Assembly (NCBI GenBank): GCA_964578595.1
Contig: CAZODP010000005.1
Span: forward strand, 4,966 to 68,965
Origin: an uncultured bacterium
GTDB lineage: Bacteria > Cyanobacteriota > Cyanobacteriia > Thermostichales > Thermostichaceae
Direction: 5' to 3'
Length of the DNA stretch: 64,000 nucleotides
Position numbers and translations under genes: made by a program. How positions within the stretch are numbered: the first letter of the stretch is position 1; each line of letters opens with the position of its first letter. Below, one piece after another: positions 9,053 to 18,430 of the stretch. The notes under the pieces are model-generated. The model made no database searches. It worked only from the letters and a program-made list of their open reading frames with translations, and was not told where the DNA came from.

Positions 9053-11032
9053 ATGCCGACTTTGACCCGCTCACCCTGGACAGTACAGGACAGCGAAAAA
9101 CTTTACCGCACCAGCGGTTGGGGCGCGCCCTATTTTTCTATTAATCAGGATGGGCACGTGGAGGTGACTCCCAACGGGCGATGTTTGACCCATCAGACTA
9201 TCTCTCAGGATCAAAATGTTGATGATCTGGGCAGCCCTGGGCCATCGGCACCTGGGATCGATCTGTTTGAGCTGGTGACCAGTTTGCAGGCTCGTGGGAT
9301 CCAATTGCCGGTGCTGATCCGCTTTACTGACATTGTGGCCAATCGGATCCAGCGGCTGTGCCAGAGCTTTAATCAGGCCATCCAGAGGCTGGGGTATCCC
9401 AATGTTTATCGGGGGGTTTATCCGGTTAAGGTCAACCAACAGCGGCACCTAGTCGAAGAAGTGGTGGCCCATGGTCGCCCTTATCACTACGGACTAGAAG
9501 CAGGATCCAAGCCGGAACTGCTGATCGCATTGGCCAGCTTGGACACTCCAGAGGCCCTCCTGGTCTGCAATGGCTATAAAGACCGGGAATACATCGAGAC
9601 GGCTCTCTTGGCCCAGAGACTGGGACGCATCCCGATTATTGTGTTGGAGCGGATGCACGAACTCACCCTGGTGATCGAAGTCGCCCAAAGGCTGGGGATT
9701 GATCCGATTTTGGGGATCCGGGCCAAGCTGTCGGCCCAAGGGATCGGACGCTGGGGTACGTCTGCTGGAGAACGGGCCAAGTTTGGTCTCAGTGCCACCG
9801 AGGTTTTGGCGGCGGTGGCTCAGCTCCGGGAGGTGGGTATGCTCCACTGTCTCAAGCTTTTGCACTATCACATCGGATCCCAAATCTCCACGGTGGGGGT
9901 GCATGGTCGGGCGGTGCGGGAAGCCTGCCAAGTCTACGTGGAACTCAAAGAAATGGGCGCGCCCATGGGCTATCTGGATGTGGGGGGTGGTCTTGGCATT
10001 GACTATGACGGCACCCAATCCATTGCCCATACCTCCCAGAGCTACACCATTGAGGACTACGCCGCCACCATTGTCCAAACGGTACTGACCACCTGCCAGC
10101 AATACCATGTGGATCCGCCGGCACTGGTCAGCGAAAGCGGGCGGGCGGTGATGTCCCATCAGTCGGTGTTGGTCTTTGATGTCTTGGGCTGTAACCACAG
10201 CACAGTGGGTGCTCTGCCCACCGTTGAAGCCGACGATGCCCCTGTGGTATTCGAGCTGAATGAGCTGTATCACCAGATCGATAAAGAGATGTTGACCGCT
10301 CAATACCGCCGTGCCCAAGATCTCAAAGATGCGGCCCTGCGAGGGTTTACCGATGGATCCTTGAGCTTGGCGGAGCGGGCCCGCGTCGAACAGCTTTACT
10401 GGAACTGCTGCAACAAAATCTGCAATCTGGCCTATGAGCATCTGCAACTGACAGGGCGGGATCCGGTGGGGGTAACCGATCTCGATGAATTGCTGGCCAG
10501 TACCTACTACTGCAATTTCTCGTTGTTTCAGTCGGTGCCAGATAGCTGGGCCATCGATCAGGTGTTTCCGATCATGCCGATCCACCGCCTCAATGAGGAG
10601 CCGCGCCAATGGGGCACCCTGGCGGATCTGACCTGCGACAGTGATGGCAAGATCAATCGTTTTTTTGACGATGATGGCAAAACTGCCTCGGTGCTGCCCC
10701 TGCATGAGCTGAACGATCAGCCTTATTTGCTGGGGGTGTTTTTGGGGGGGGCTTATCAGGAGATTTTGGGGGATCTGCACAATCTATTTGGGGATACCAA
10801 CGCCGTGCAGATCCAGCTCAAGCCTGATGGCTACCGGGTGGCCCAGGTGGTCAAGGGGGATAGCATCAGCGAGGTGCTGACCTATGTGCAGTACAACAGC
10901 GAGGATCTGGTGGAACGGATCCACGATGCCACCGAAGCGGCTCTGCAAGCCAAGCGCATCACGCTCAAAGAGGCCAATTTGCTTCAAGCTCACTTTGAGG
11001 GCAGCCTGCGGGCCTATACCTATCTCCACTAG
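9053..11032 (+). CDS. speA: biosynthetic arginine decarboxylase
   Basis: 659 aa. The N-terminus W..QDSEKLY...GWGAPYFSIN, the PLP-fold blocks (YPVKVNQQRHLVEEV, HYHIGSQI, YLDVGGGLGIDYDG) and the C-terminal FLGGAYQEILGDLHNLFGDTNAV are all SpeA hallmarks. Confidence 0.95.
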   Translation: MPTLTRSPWTVQDSEKLYRTSGWGAPYFSINQDGHVEVTPNGRCLTHQTISQDQNVDDLGSPGPSAPGIDLFELVTSLQARGIQLPVLIRFTDIVANRIQRLCQSFNQAIQRLGYPNVYRGVYPVKVNQQRHLVEEVVAHGRPYHYGLEAGSKPELLIALASLDTPEALLVCNGYKDREYIETALLAQRLGRIPIIVLERMHELTLVIEVAQRLGIDPILGIRAKLSAQGIGRWGTSAGERAKFGLSATEVLAAVAQLREVGMLHCLKLLHYHIGSQISTVGVHGRAVREACQVYVELKEMGAPMGYLDVGGGLGIDYDGTQSIAHTSQSYTIEDYAATIVQTVLTTCQQYHVDPPALVSESGRAVMSHQSVLVFDVLGCNHSTVGALPTVEADDAPVVFELNELYHQIDKEMLTAQYRRAQDLKDAALRGFTDGSLSLAERARVEQLYWNCCNKICNLAYEHLQLTGRDPVGVTDLDELLASTYYCNFSLFQSVPDSWAIDQVFPIMPIHRLNEEPRQWGTLADLTCDSDGKINRFFDDDGKTASVLPLHELNDQPYLLGVFLGGAYQEILGDLHNLFGDTNAVQIQLKPDGYRVAQVVKGDSISEVLTYVQYNSEDLVERIHDATEAALQAKRITLKEANLLQAHFEGSLRAYTYLH

Positions 11033-11159
11033 TGGTGGGCTTTGCCGATTGCTTGTCATTGAATGCTTGTTAACGTAACGCCTGTGAACGCTCGGTGACC
11101 CGCTCAGGGATCCGGGCGTTTTTCGTGTCATTTTTCCTGCCAGAGTAGATTCCCCCCTC

Positions 11160-12302
11160 TTGATAGAATCAAAGACTGATATTTTTGGATCTTCTACGCT
11201 CTCTTGGTCTATGGCCTCTTTATCAACCTGGCGAGCCTACACCCGGATCCCGCAGGCGCAGCAGTGGTGTGAAAGGATCCTCAAGTTGGATCCACATTTT
11301 GTCTGTGGATTGGGTTTTACAGCGACGGCTTTGATTCCGGGGATCTCGGCGGCAGGGGCCACCCCAGCCCATCGCCGTCAGACGGCCATGGCTGATGCTG
11401 AGGTGTTACTGCGGGGTTATTCCACCCGATTGCCCACCTCCCCCGATGGGTATCCCTCGCCGGTGGTGATCAGCCGCGCTGTGATCCAACACCTGGGGAT
11501 GCCTCTACACTTGTTTGACTGTGGCCTGCCCCAAACCCTACCTGAGCTGATCCCAGCCCTGCCGATGCCGGCCCAATGCCTGAGTAGCGGTCGTGCTATG
11601 TCCCCAGAGGTCGTCCAGAAGCGGTTTGAGCTGGGGCTGAACTGGGGATCCCGGTGGGGCAGCCCAAATCGATTGCTGGTGTTGGGGGAATGTGTGGCCG
11701 GGGGCACCTCCACAGCCCTGGCGGTGTTGTTGGGACTGGGGTGGCCGGTGGCGGGCATGGTCAATAGCAGCCATCCCACCTGTAATCACGCCCAAAAGCT
11801 AGCCCTAGCCCAACAGGGCTTAGCTCACCTGCCCCAGTCGGCCACTGCTTTGGAGATCCTGGCGGCAGTGGGGGATCCGATGCAGCCCTTGATGGCGGGG
11901 ATCACTCTGGGGGCCTCTCGGTCGGGGCCGGTGTTGTTGGCGGGGGGCACCCAAATGTTAGCCATCGTTGCCCTGAGCCAAAAGCTGGCCCAAGATCAAA
12001 TGTTGACCTGGGATCCGACTCAGGTGGCGGTGGGTACCACCCGGTGGGTGGCCGAGGATCCCACAGGCAATACAGTGGGACTAGCCCAACTTCTGGATGC
12101 GGTGCCCCTTTTGGCCCCTCAGCTCAGCTTTGCCCACAGTCGCTATCCTCAATTGCAAGCCTACGAACGGGGTTACGTCAAAGAAGGAGTTGGGGCCGGT
12201 GGACTGGCTTTGGTGGCCAGCCTCAAAGGATGGGATCCGCAGGAGATGGTGGCGGCCATCGAGCAGGTGTATCAATCCATGCAATCTGTTTCAGTGGCCT
12301 AA
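11160..12302 (+). CDS. UPF0284 / CobT-like (TIGR00303-type) protein
   Basis: GFTATALIPGISAAGATP..R...AMADAE and LVLGECVAGGTSTALAVL match the cyanobacterial UPF0284 family, which is related to nicotinate-nucleotide-DMB phosphoribosyltransferase. The start may be an internal Met. Confidence 0.65.
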   Translation: MIESKTDIFGSSTLSWSMASLSTWRAYTRIPQAQQWCERILKLDPHFVCGLGFTATALIPGISAAGATPAHRRQTAMADAEVLLRGYSTRLPTSPDGYPSPVVISRAVIQHLGMPLHLFDCGLPQTLPELIPALPMPAQCLSSGRAMSPEVVQKRFELGLNWGSRWGSPNRLLVLGECVAGGTSTALAVLLGLGWPVAGMVNSSHPTCNHAQKLALAQQGLAHLPQSATALEILAAVGDPMQPLMAGITLGASRSGPVLLAGGTQMLAIVALSQKLAQDQMLTWDPTQVAVGTTRWVAEDPTGNTVGLAQLLDAVPLLAPQLSFAHSRYPQLQAYERGYVKEGVGAGGLALVASLKGWDPQEMVAAIEQVYQSMQSVSVA

Positions 12303-12429
12303 ACCCCGCAACTCTATCCCCAAACGGGGGCAATCTAGGATACATCCTCTGTTGGCTTCCCTGTTGAGCTGGTTCCCTGCCCCAAGCCAACCACCTAGCC
12401 CTAGCCCTTATCCCCAGTGAGGATACTCG

Positions 12430-12897
12430 ATGCCAAAGGTGAGCACAGGTGAAGAACTCTTAGCCCGCTATGCCCAGGGAGAGCGTGATTTTGACGGATC
12501 CAACTTGGTCTCGGCCCTTTTGATTGGCGCGGATCTGCGGGATATCCGGCTGCGCAATGCCACCCTGCCCTATGCCCAACTGAGTGGAGCCAACTTGAGT
12601 GGAGCCAATTTAGGCGGATCCGATCTCAGCTCTGCTAACTTAATCTCCGCCAATTTGGAGGGGGTCAACTTTTGGGAGGCCAATTTGATTGCTGCCGATT
12701 TGAGCTTTTCCAATTTGCGGCAGGCCAATTTGAGTGGGGCTTATCTGTGGGAGGCCAAGCTCAAAAGTGCTTGCCTGGAGGAGTCTGACCTGAGTGAGGC
12801 CAAGTTAGGCGGGGCGATTTTGATTGGAGCCAATTTTCACCGGGCGATCTTGCCAGATGGCAAGGTGTTTGTCCCTGGATCCCTGCCCGATCCGTAG
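12430..12897 (+). CDS. pentapeptide-repeat protein
   Basis: Continuous A(D/N)LSGANL-type pentapeptide repeats across about 120 residues. Confidence 0.9.
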   Translation: MPKVSTGEELLARYAQGERDFDGSNLVSALLIGADLRDIRLRNATLPYAQLSGANLSGANLGGSDLSSANLISANLEGVNFWEANLIAADLSFSNLRQANLSGAYLWEAKLKSACLEESDLSEAKLGGAILIGANFHRAILPDGKVFVPGSLPDP

Positions 12898-12960
12898 AGG
12901 GCCACCCCCAAGGCTGAGGACAATACCTAAGACTAGAGACTTAGACTTAAAATGCTGGAC

Positions 12961-14346
12961 TTAGGATGCTGGCAACTGATCAAGATCGGTGGAATCTGTG
13001 GAGCCGGTTGTCCCAATGGGGGCAATCCGAAAGCTCACTTCTAAAGGACCAGCGGTATAGATATCTTGATCGGTCACCACATGCACATCCACTGAGGTCT
13101 GGATCCGTTGCAGTTGGCCGACCATTTCAAGCAGCTTGACCTGCGAGAACTCCCCCACCGTCCCGGTCAGTGGATCCGACAGTAGGCCCGCCTGCCGTGA
13201 GCGCAGATTAGCGGTGGAGAGCAGCCCCAGCAGATCCTCTTGCAGTTCCTGCGGATCCCGACCAGGGGAGATTTCGATTCGGGCCAGGGTATCTCCGGCT
13301 GTAAAAAGGTGCTGATTGGGGGTCAGATCTAAAATGGCGGGCACCGCTTCTCCTTCGAGGCGGTTGGAGACCGAGATCACCCGCACCACCCAACTGTCGG
13401 GATCCTGAACCATCTGCTCTAGGGCTTCGTCCACATGATCGCGCCGCACCTGGAGGGCTGTGGGCAGCGAATCCGGGGGGCGTGCTCCCAGTTGGCGGAC
13501 TTGGGCTTCGGCCTGCGCCAAAATGGCGTTCACCTGCTGTCGTAGAGGATGCTCGTCTGAGCTGGGATCCGGTAGTGGGCTGGACAAATCCTGACTATCC
13601 ACCACCCCCACCGCCAAAATCTCCCCCGCCAGAATCACCACAGGCCCCTGACGAAATCGCTGGGCCGATTGCCAGAGCAGTTGGATCTCGCTTTCGAGTC
13701 GGGTTTTTTCGGCTTCGAGGCCCGTCAAGGTGGATTGGGCAACAGAAAGGGATCGTTCCAGCCGATCTCGATCCAGCTCTAGGGCGCGCTTTTGGCTTTG
13801 GGCGTCCGCCGCCTCGGCCCGCAGTTGCTGGAGATCGGATCGCAATTGGGGTAGTTGGTCTTGGGCATCGCTGCGCTCTTGCTCGATCTGAGCCAATTGA
13901 TCCCGCAATTCTTGCACTTGATCTTGGATCTGTCGCAGTCGCTCTTGGGCATCTCCCCGCTGGGTTTGGGTGAGGCGCAATTCCGCTTGGGCGTTGCTGA
14001 GGGCGGTACGGGCGGTTTCCAGCTCCGCCTGGATCCCTTGCAATCGGCCTTGTTCCACCTCGATCTCGCGGGTGAGGGTGTTGATGGAGATTTGGTACGT
14101 GGAGATGGTGCGCTGGTAATCAAACAGAGCAGTGGTCAGGGAGCGATTGAGCAGCAATAGAGTGGCCAAGGTCAGTGAGGAGATCGCCAAACCCGTAACG
14201 ATGGCCACCAAAATAGCGGTGTGACGGGGCCGCAGATTAAAAAGGGTGAGGCGTTTCTTGCCGACTCGGTATCCCACCCGATCGCCCACCACAGCAATCA
14301 GGCTGCTGATCACCAAAATGTAAAGGATCAGAAGCACCCCTTGCAT
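12961..14346 (-). CDS. membrane-anchored coiled-coil protein (DUF3084-like)
   Basis: N-terminus MQGVLLILYILVISSLIAVVGDRVGYRVGKKRLTLFNLRPRHTAILVAIVTG, followed by about 150 aa of Q/E/R/L-rich coiled coil. I prefer the ATG at 14346 over the ORF-track start at 14439. Confidence 0.6.
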   Translation of the reverse strand: MQGVLLILYILVISSLIAVVGDRVGYRVGKKRLTLFNLRPRHTAILVAIVTGLAISSLTLATLLLLNRSLTTALFDYQRTISTYQISINTLTREIEVEQGRLQGIQAELETARTALSNAQAELRLTQTQRGDAQERLRQIQDQVQELRDQLAQIEQERSDAQDQLPQLRSDLQQLRAEAADAQSQKRALELDRDRLERSLSVAQSTLTGLEAEKTRLESEIQLLWQSAQRFRQGPVVILAGEILAVGVVDSQDLSSPLPDPSSDEHPLRQQVNAILAQAEAQVRQLGARPPDSLPTALQVRRDHVDEALEQMVQDPDSWVVRVISVSNRLEGEAVPAILDLTPNQHLFTAGDTLARIEISPGRDPQELQEDLLGLLSTANLRSRQAGLLSDPLTGTVGEFSQVKLLEMVGQLQRIQTSVDVHVVTDQDIYTAGPLEVSFRIAPIGTTGSTDSTDLDQLPAS

Positions 14347-14357
14347 GGTGGTTCCTA

Positions 14358-14389
14358 ATGACTCTGGATGTGTATGACTCTGGATGTGT
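14358..14389. repeat. exact 2 x 16-bp tandem duplication (ATGACTCTGGATGTGT)
   Basis: Read directly. It lies 12-43 nt upstream of the preferred DUF3084-like start codon (14346). Confidence 0.9.
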
Positions 14390-14457
14390 CTGGATTTGGC
14401 CTGGATTCGGGTTGAGATGGATAACCGCAGGTCAAGCAAATCTTAGCAATGATCCCT

Positions 14458-15936
14458 CTAGGTCGGGATCCCCTCTGGCCCAAACGATTCTGGCTCCAAG
14501 GCTTGGGGGTTAGGAGTGATGTGCTTTTGGAGGTCTGAGCGGATGCGGGCGGTGATCGATCCCTCATCCAATCGGGCCAGGATTTGGGCAATCGCTGCTT
14601 TTGGCCCCTGGGGTCCCCAGGTGGATCCCTGAGCCAGGTAGGTGCGGGCAGCCGTGCCAATGGCATAGCTAGACATCCCTGCCAGGGTGGCCTGGGTGAT
14701 CGCAACGGAGGCATAAGCCCCCAGAGACAAGCCCCCAGACCCCGGAGCCGCCAGCCCCAGCATTGATTTGAGGGATCCCAGTCCCAGCATCGCCACCCAC
14801 TCTCCGGCCCCCAAACTCAGCATACTGAGGAGGATCTTTTGCAACAGTTGAGTGGCTTTGTGGGGGGTGAGGGGCAGGCCATAGAGTTTGGCCAGACGCA
14901 AGATCAGAGCCACATCAATCGCCAGACCGCTGAGGGCATCCACCACCGTAAAAGGATTGAGGGCCACCGCTAGGGCTTTGGCTTGGGCCGCTTGCCAGAT
15001 CAGGTCTTGGGCCTGTTGGTCACGGCTTTCGAGCTTGCGATCAAGCCAGTTTTGCTGCACCCGGTCGGCAAACAGCAGGGTATTGAGGGCCAATAACGAC
15101 CGGCCCTCCTGCCGCAAAACCTCTAAAATGCGGTGCCGTAGAGCCTCCACCTCAGGCACCCCCTGGGTCAGCTCGGCGGTGATGGATCCATCAGGATGCT
15201 GGATGGCCTTGGCGATGCGAGGAGAGGCCGCCGCCATCACCACTTCAGCGGGGGAGAGCAGTTGCCGCACCCTCTCATTGCGAATCTTGTCGTAGACCGC
15301 CTGTCGATCCACCTCTGGATACTGATCAATTTTGTTAAAAACCAGCAGCATGGGCTTGTTGGCCTCCCGCAACTGGGCCAGGGCTTCATACTCCAGCCGG
15401 GTCATATCCCCCGACACCACAAACAAGATCAGATCCGCCTGTTGGGCCACCCGTTCTGCCAACAAGGCCCGCTCGGATCCATTGACTTCATCCAGTCCCG
15501 GGGTATCAATCAGCACCATCTGCGCCCCAGGCCCATAGAGGCTGACCCTCTGGGACTGTGTTTCAGGCTGGGGGGAGTTTGCGGCTTTGGATCCTGTGGT
15601 TGCAGATCCTCTGTTCGGGCCGGGGATCCCCTGCCATCCAGCCCGCTGATGGGTGCGGGTCACCCCGTGGGTGGGGCCAGTGGTAAAGGCGGCATAGCCC
15701 AGCAGGGCATTGAGCAACGAAGATTTCCCCCGTCCCACCATGCCAAAGGCGGCAATATGGATCACCTCAGACTCTAGTTTTTCAATAAACTGATCTAGAT
15801 CTTCCAGATCCGGCTCTAGCCCCGCCCGCTCCAGTGCACTCAGATCAAAGCTGGCCACCAACTGTCGCAAGCTGTGTTTGGCCTTGTGATAATTCAGCTC
15901 ATCCGTGAAAAAATTGGACATCAGGATCCGGCCCAC
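14458..15936 (-). CDS. GTPase with C-terminal membrane-associated DUF697-like domain
   Basis: P-loop FGMVGRGKSSLLNALLG, G3 DTPGLDE, G4 FNKID. The C-terminal glycine/alanine-rich hydrophobic region resembles YcjF/DUF697. It is a paralogue of 61729-63069. Confidence 0.75.
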   Translation of the reverse strand: MGRILMSNFFTDELNYHKAKHSLRQLVASFDLSALERAGLEPDLEDLDQFIEKLESEVIHIAAFGMVGRGKSSLLNALLGYAAFTTGPTHGVTRTHQRAGWQGIPGPNRGSATTGSKAANSPQPETQSQRVSLYGPGAQMVLIDTPGLDEVNGSERALLAERVAQQADLILFVVSGDMTRLEYEALAQLREANKPMLLVFNKIDQYPEVDRQAVYDKIRNERVRQLLSPAEVVMAAASPRIAKAIQHPDGSITAELTQGVPEVEALRHRILEVLRQEGRSLLALNTLLFADRVQQNWLDRKLESRDQQAQDLIWQAAQAKALAVALNPFTVVDALSGLAIDVALILRLAKLYGLPLTPHKATQLLQKILLSMLSLGAGEWVAMLGLGSLKSMLGLAAPGSGGLSLGAYASVAITQATLAGMSSYAIGTAARTYLAQGSTWGPQGPKAAIAQILARLDEGSITARIRSDLQKHITPNPQALEPESFGPEGIPT

Positions 15937-16070
15937 CGGGAGTCAATCAACAATCTAAAAACAACAAGCTAAAAAGCTGGCAGAGTTGCTGCAATCCTCA
16001 ATTTAGCCCAATCACCTACTTCCCCCAGAACACCTCCAGACCCCTCAACTGAAATCACCCCTTCCCTGCA

Positions 16071-16094
16071 ATCAAACTGGAAATCAAACTGGGC
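16071..16094. repeat. 2 x 12-bp tandem repeat (ATCAAACTGGAA / ATCAAACTGGGC)
   Basis: Read directly. Intergenic. Confidence 0.85.
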
Positions 16095-16155
16095 TAGGCC
16101 ATACTGGAGACGCACTCAGCTTGAGCCATTTTAGTTTTCGGATATTGGGATAGTT

Positions 16156-16389
16156 ATGGGATCTCGAACCCGCTGCCTGGGGCTAGTCTTGGCGATGATG
16201 GCACTCAACAGCATCTATATGCAGACACTGCGTCAACAAGAGGCCACCCGTCTCCTAGAGTCTCAGGATCCCGCCCTCAACAGTTTGGAGACGGATCCAT
16301 TGACCGAGATCCGTTCCGAGCTAGATCAATTGGGTTCAACCGATGGAGCCAATCGATCCAATCCAGTCCATCCAACTGACGACCCGTGA
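16156..16389 (+). CDS. hypothetical small secreted protein (weak call)
   Basis: 77-codon ORF with a signal-like N-terminus (CLGLVLAMMALNS). I recognise no family. Confidence 0.2.
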   Translation: MGSRTRCLGLVLAMMALNSIYMQTLRQQEATRLLESQDPALNSLETDPLTEIRSELDQLGSTDGANRSNPVHPTDDP

Positions 16390-16425
16390 CCCATGCACCG
16401 GTGATCCCCTCAACCCCAAACAAAC

Positions 16426-16875
16426 TCAAATGGCCATCTCGGCTCTGTGGGTCTCTTGGATCCAACGTTGCACCAGCGGTGATAGAACCTGCCGCTGACG
16501 GGTGGCCGGGTTGAGGCAGAGATGCTCTGTTGTTGCGGTGGCCACCAATGGGGCAGTCTCTTGTGGATCCGTTTGCTGATCTATGCGCCCCACTCGATAC
16601 CTGATCCGAAAAGCGTGGTCACTCACCTGCTGCGGATCCAGCTCCACCCAATAGGGATCTCCACAGTGCAAGGGCTGGCGAAAGTCGATCTCAGCCCGGA
16701 TAATGGGCACAATCTCGCCTGCTTGAGCACTAAAAAACCGATCCAACCGGATCCCCGCCTGGGCCAGGGACTCTTCATAGGCCGCATGGCACAAACTCAA
16801 AACCTGGGCGAAATAGACCACCCCCGCCGCATCAGTTTGCTCAAATCGGATCCGATCCTGGTGGCGAAAAGGCAT
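16426..16875 (-). CDS. 1,4-dihydroxy-2-naphthoyl-CoA thioesterase-like hotdog (4HBT/YbgC) protein
   Basis: MPFRHQDRIRFEQTDAAGVVYFAQVLSLCHAAYEESLAQAGIRLDRFF closely follows the cyanobacterial DHNA-CoA hydrolase N-terminal signature. The ORF-track N-terminal extension (to 17124) overlaps the divergent permease gene and is rejected. Confidence 0.7.
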   Translation of the reverse strand: MPFRHQDRIRFEQTDAAGVVYFAQVLSLCHAAYEESLAQAGIRLDRFFSAQAGEIVPIIRAEIDFRQPLHCGDPYWVELDPQQVSDHAFRIRYRVGRIDQQTDPQETAPLVATATTEHLCLNPATRQRQVLSPLVQRWIQETHRAEMAI

Positions 16876-16950
16876 GGCTGGCTTTCTAAACTCAATCAGG
16901 ATATCTATCAGTAAGATTTCAGTAAGATTGGATCGATCTGTGAGACCCCT

Positions 16951-18042
16951 ATGCTGAATCGGTTTAATCCCCTGCAACGCTGGCTGCTCACCTGGATCCT
17001 GATTGTGATCAGTGCCTGGCTGGCAATGCAGGTGGGGCGTGTGTTTGGCCATTTGCTCACCATGCTGCTGACTGCGGCGGTGCTGGCCTTTTTGCTCAAT
17101 TATCCCGTGCAGGCCCTCCGCCAAGCCAAGGTCAGTCGGGGGTTTGCGGTTGCTATTGTCTTTTCGATATCGGTGCTGGTGTTTGTGCTGCTGGGGATAG
17201 CCCTAGTGCCCACCCTGACCAAACAGATTGCCCAGTTAGGGGCCAAGATTCCCGGCTGGGTGGATACCTTTCAGATCCAACTGGAGGCCCTGTCCCGCTG
17301 GGCTGCCGATCGCAACATCTCCCTTGGCCAAAAGGAACTGCTGGAGACCCTGACCAGTCGCCTGCAACTGGGGGCCGAACAGATCGCCCGCCAAGGATTG
17401 GACATTTTGCTAGGCACCTTCAATCAGGTGGTGGATCTGGTTTTGGTGTTGGTGTTGGCCCTCTATATGCTGCTCTATGGCGGCACGTTTTGGCAGGGGC
17501 TGATGAGTCTGATTCCGGATCCCTGGGGACCACGGGTGGGGGAGGCTGTCGCCCTCAGTTTCCAAAACTTTTTGATCAGTCAGTTGGTGCTGGGCTTGAT
17601 TATGGGGCTGATGCTGGTGCCTGCCTTTGGGGTGCTCAAAGTGCCGTTTGGGCTGCTGTTTGGCTTGGGGATCGGCCTGCTGGAAGTCATCCCATTGGTG
17701 GGGGGTTTTATTGGCATTGGGGGAGCGGCAGGATTGCTGGCCTTTCAGGATGTCTGGCTGGCCCTCAAGGTGGTGGCGGTGGCCTTGGCGGTGCAACAGG
17801 TCAAAGATCGGGTTATTGCCCCCCGCCTGATGGGAGAGCTAATCGGTCTCAATCCGGTTTGGATCCTGGTTGCTCTGTTGGTGGGGGCGCAGCTCGGCGG
17901 GATCCTGGGGGTGATCGTGGCGATTCCTCTGGCCAGTGTCACCAAGGGACTCTACGAACTGGCCCGCCAAGCTGAGTCTAGTCCGCCGGATGCTGGCTCC
18001 CCACCGTTGGTCACCTCAGGATCCATTGGCCGTGAGCGATAA
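16951..18042 (+). CDS. AI-2E family transporter (PerM/UPF0118 permease)
   Basis: About 8 TM segments. The characteristic C-terminal half is LEVIPLVGGFIG ... VIAPRLMGELIGLNPVWILVALLVGAQLGGILGVIVAIPLA. Confidence 0.85.
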   Translation: MLNRFNPLQRWLLTWILIVISAWLAMQVGRVFGHLLTMLLTAAVLAFLLNYPVQALRQAKVSRGFAVAIVFSISVLVFVLLGIALVPTLTKQIAQLGAKIPGWVDTFQIQLEALSRWAADRNISLGQKELLETLTSRLQLGAEQIARQGLDILLGTFNQVVDLVLVLVLALYMLLYGGTFWQGLMSLIPDPWGPRVGEAVALSFQNFLISQLVLGLIMGLMLVPAFGVLKVPFGLLFGLGIGLLEVIPLVGGFIGIGGAAGLLAFQDVWLALKVVAVALAVQQVKDRVIAPRLMGELIGLNPVWILVALLVGAQLGGILGVIVAIPLASVTKGLYELARQAESSPPDAGSPPLVTSGSIGRER

Positions 18043-18430
18043 TAGCTTGACGGATTCCTCTCAGTCTCTGGGATCCCAGGCCAGTGCTTCTGATGCTGTG
18101 CCGGATCCGTTGCGTCAGTGTGTCAGTTGTCGAGTGCTGAAGCCCCGCTCTCAACTGTGGCGGGTGGTGCGTCTGGCCAGATCCTCAGATCAACCCAAGG
18201 GTCATAAACCCAAGACTGACAAACCCAAGACTGACAAACCGATTATTCAACTGGATCAAGGTATGGGCCGCTCCGCCTATCTCTGTCCCCAAAAAAGCTG
18301 CCTTGAGGAGGCTCAAAAGCGAAAACGACTGGATCGATCCCTCCGGACTCAAGTACCCGTGGCCATCTACACCACATTGGCTTCACGCTTAACGGATGCG
18401 GATCCAGCCCATCAATCTAAAAAAGACTAG
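18032..18430 (+). CDS. ylxR: YlxR-family (DUF448) RNA-binding protein
   Basis: CVSCRVLKPRSQLWRVV ... GRSAYLCPQKSCLEEAQKRKRL is the YlxR signature. The start is uncertain: I chose the GTG at 18032, since the ORF-track start at 17936 would overlap the permease gene by 107 nt. Confidence 0.65.
   Translation: MSDNSLTDSSQSLGSQASASDAVPDPLRQCVSCRVLKPRSQLWRVVRLARSSDQPKGHKPKTDKPKTDKPIIQLDQGMGRSAYLCPQKSCLEEAQKRKRLDRSLRTQVPVAIYTTLASRLTDADPAHQSKKD

Noticed and set aside
9494-10780. 428-codon ORF antisense to speA. Similar long antisense ORFs occur at 18926-19642, 20946-21914, 39436-40392, 60495-61031 and elsewhere.
   Set aside because: The sense strand encodes proteins with unmistakable family signatures (SpeA, L3, L2, LysRS). 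The antisense translations are low-complexity and rich in Gly, Pro, Arg, Gln and His, as expected for stop-poor antisense frames in GC-rich DNA.
11097-11125. Possible intrinsic terminator after speA (CCCG..CGGG followed by TTTTT).
   Set aside because: The stem is only about 4 bp with a 10-nt loop, which is too weak to call.
16876-17124. N-terminal 83-codon extension of the thioesterase ORF.
   Set aside because: The extension overlaps the divergent permease gene and is not hotdog-like. The conserved family N-terminus begins exactly at the internal ATG (16875).
17936-18031. Upstream ATG start for ylxR given by the ORF track.
   Set aside because: It would overlap the permease gene by 107 nt and add a non-conserved leader. 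The in-frame GTG at 18032 is preferred, though unproven.
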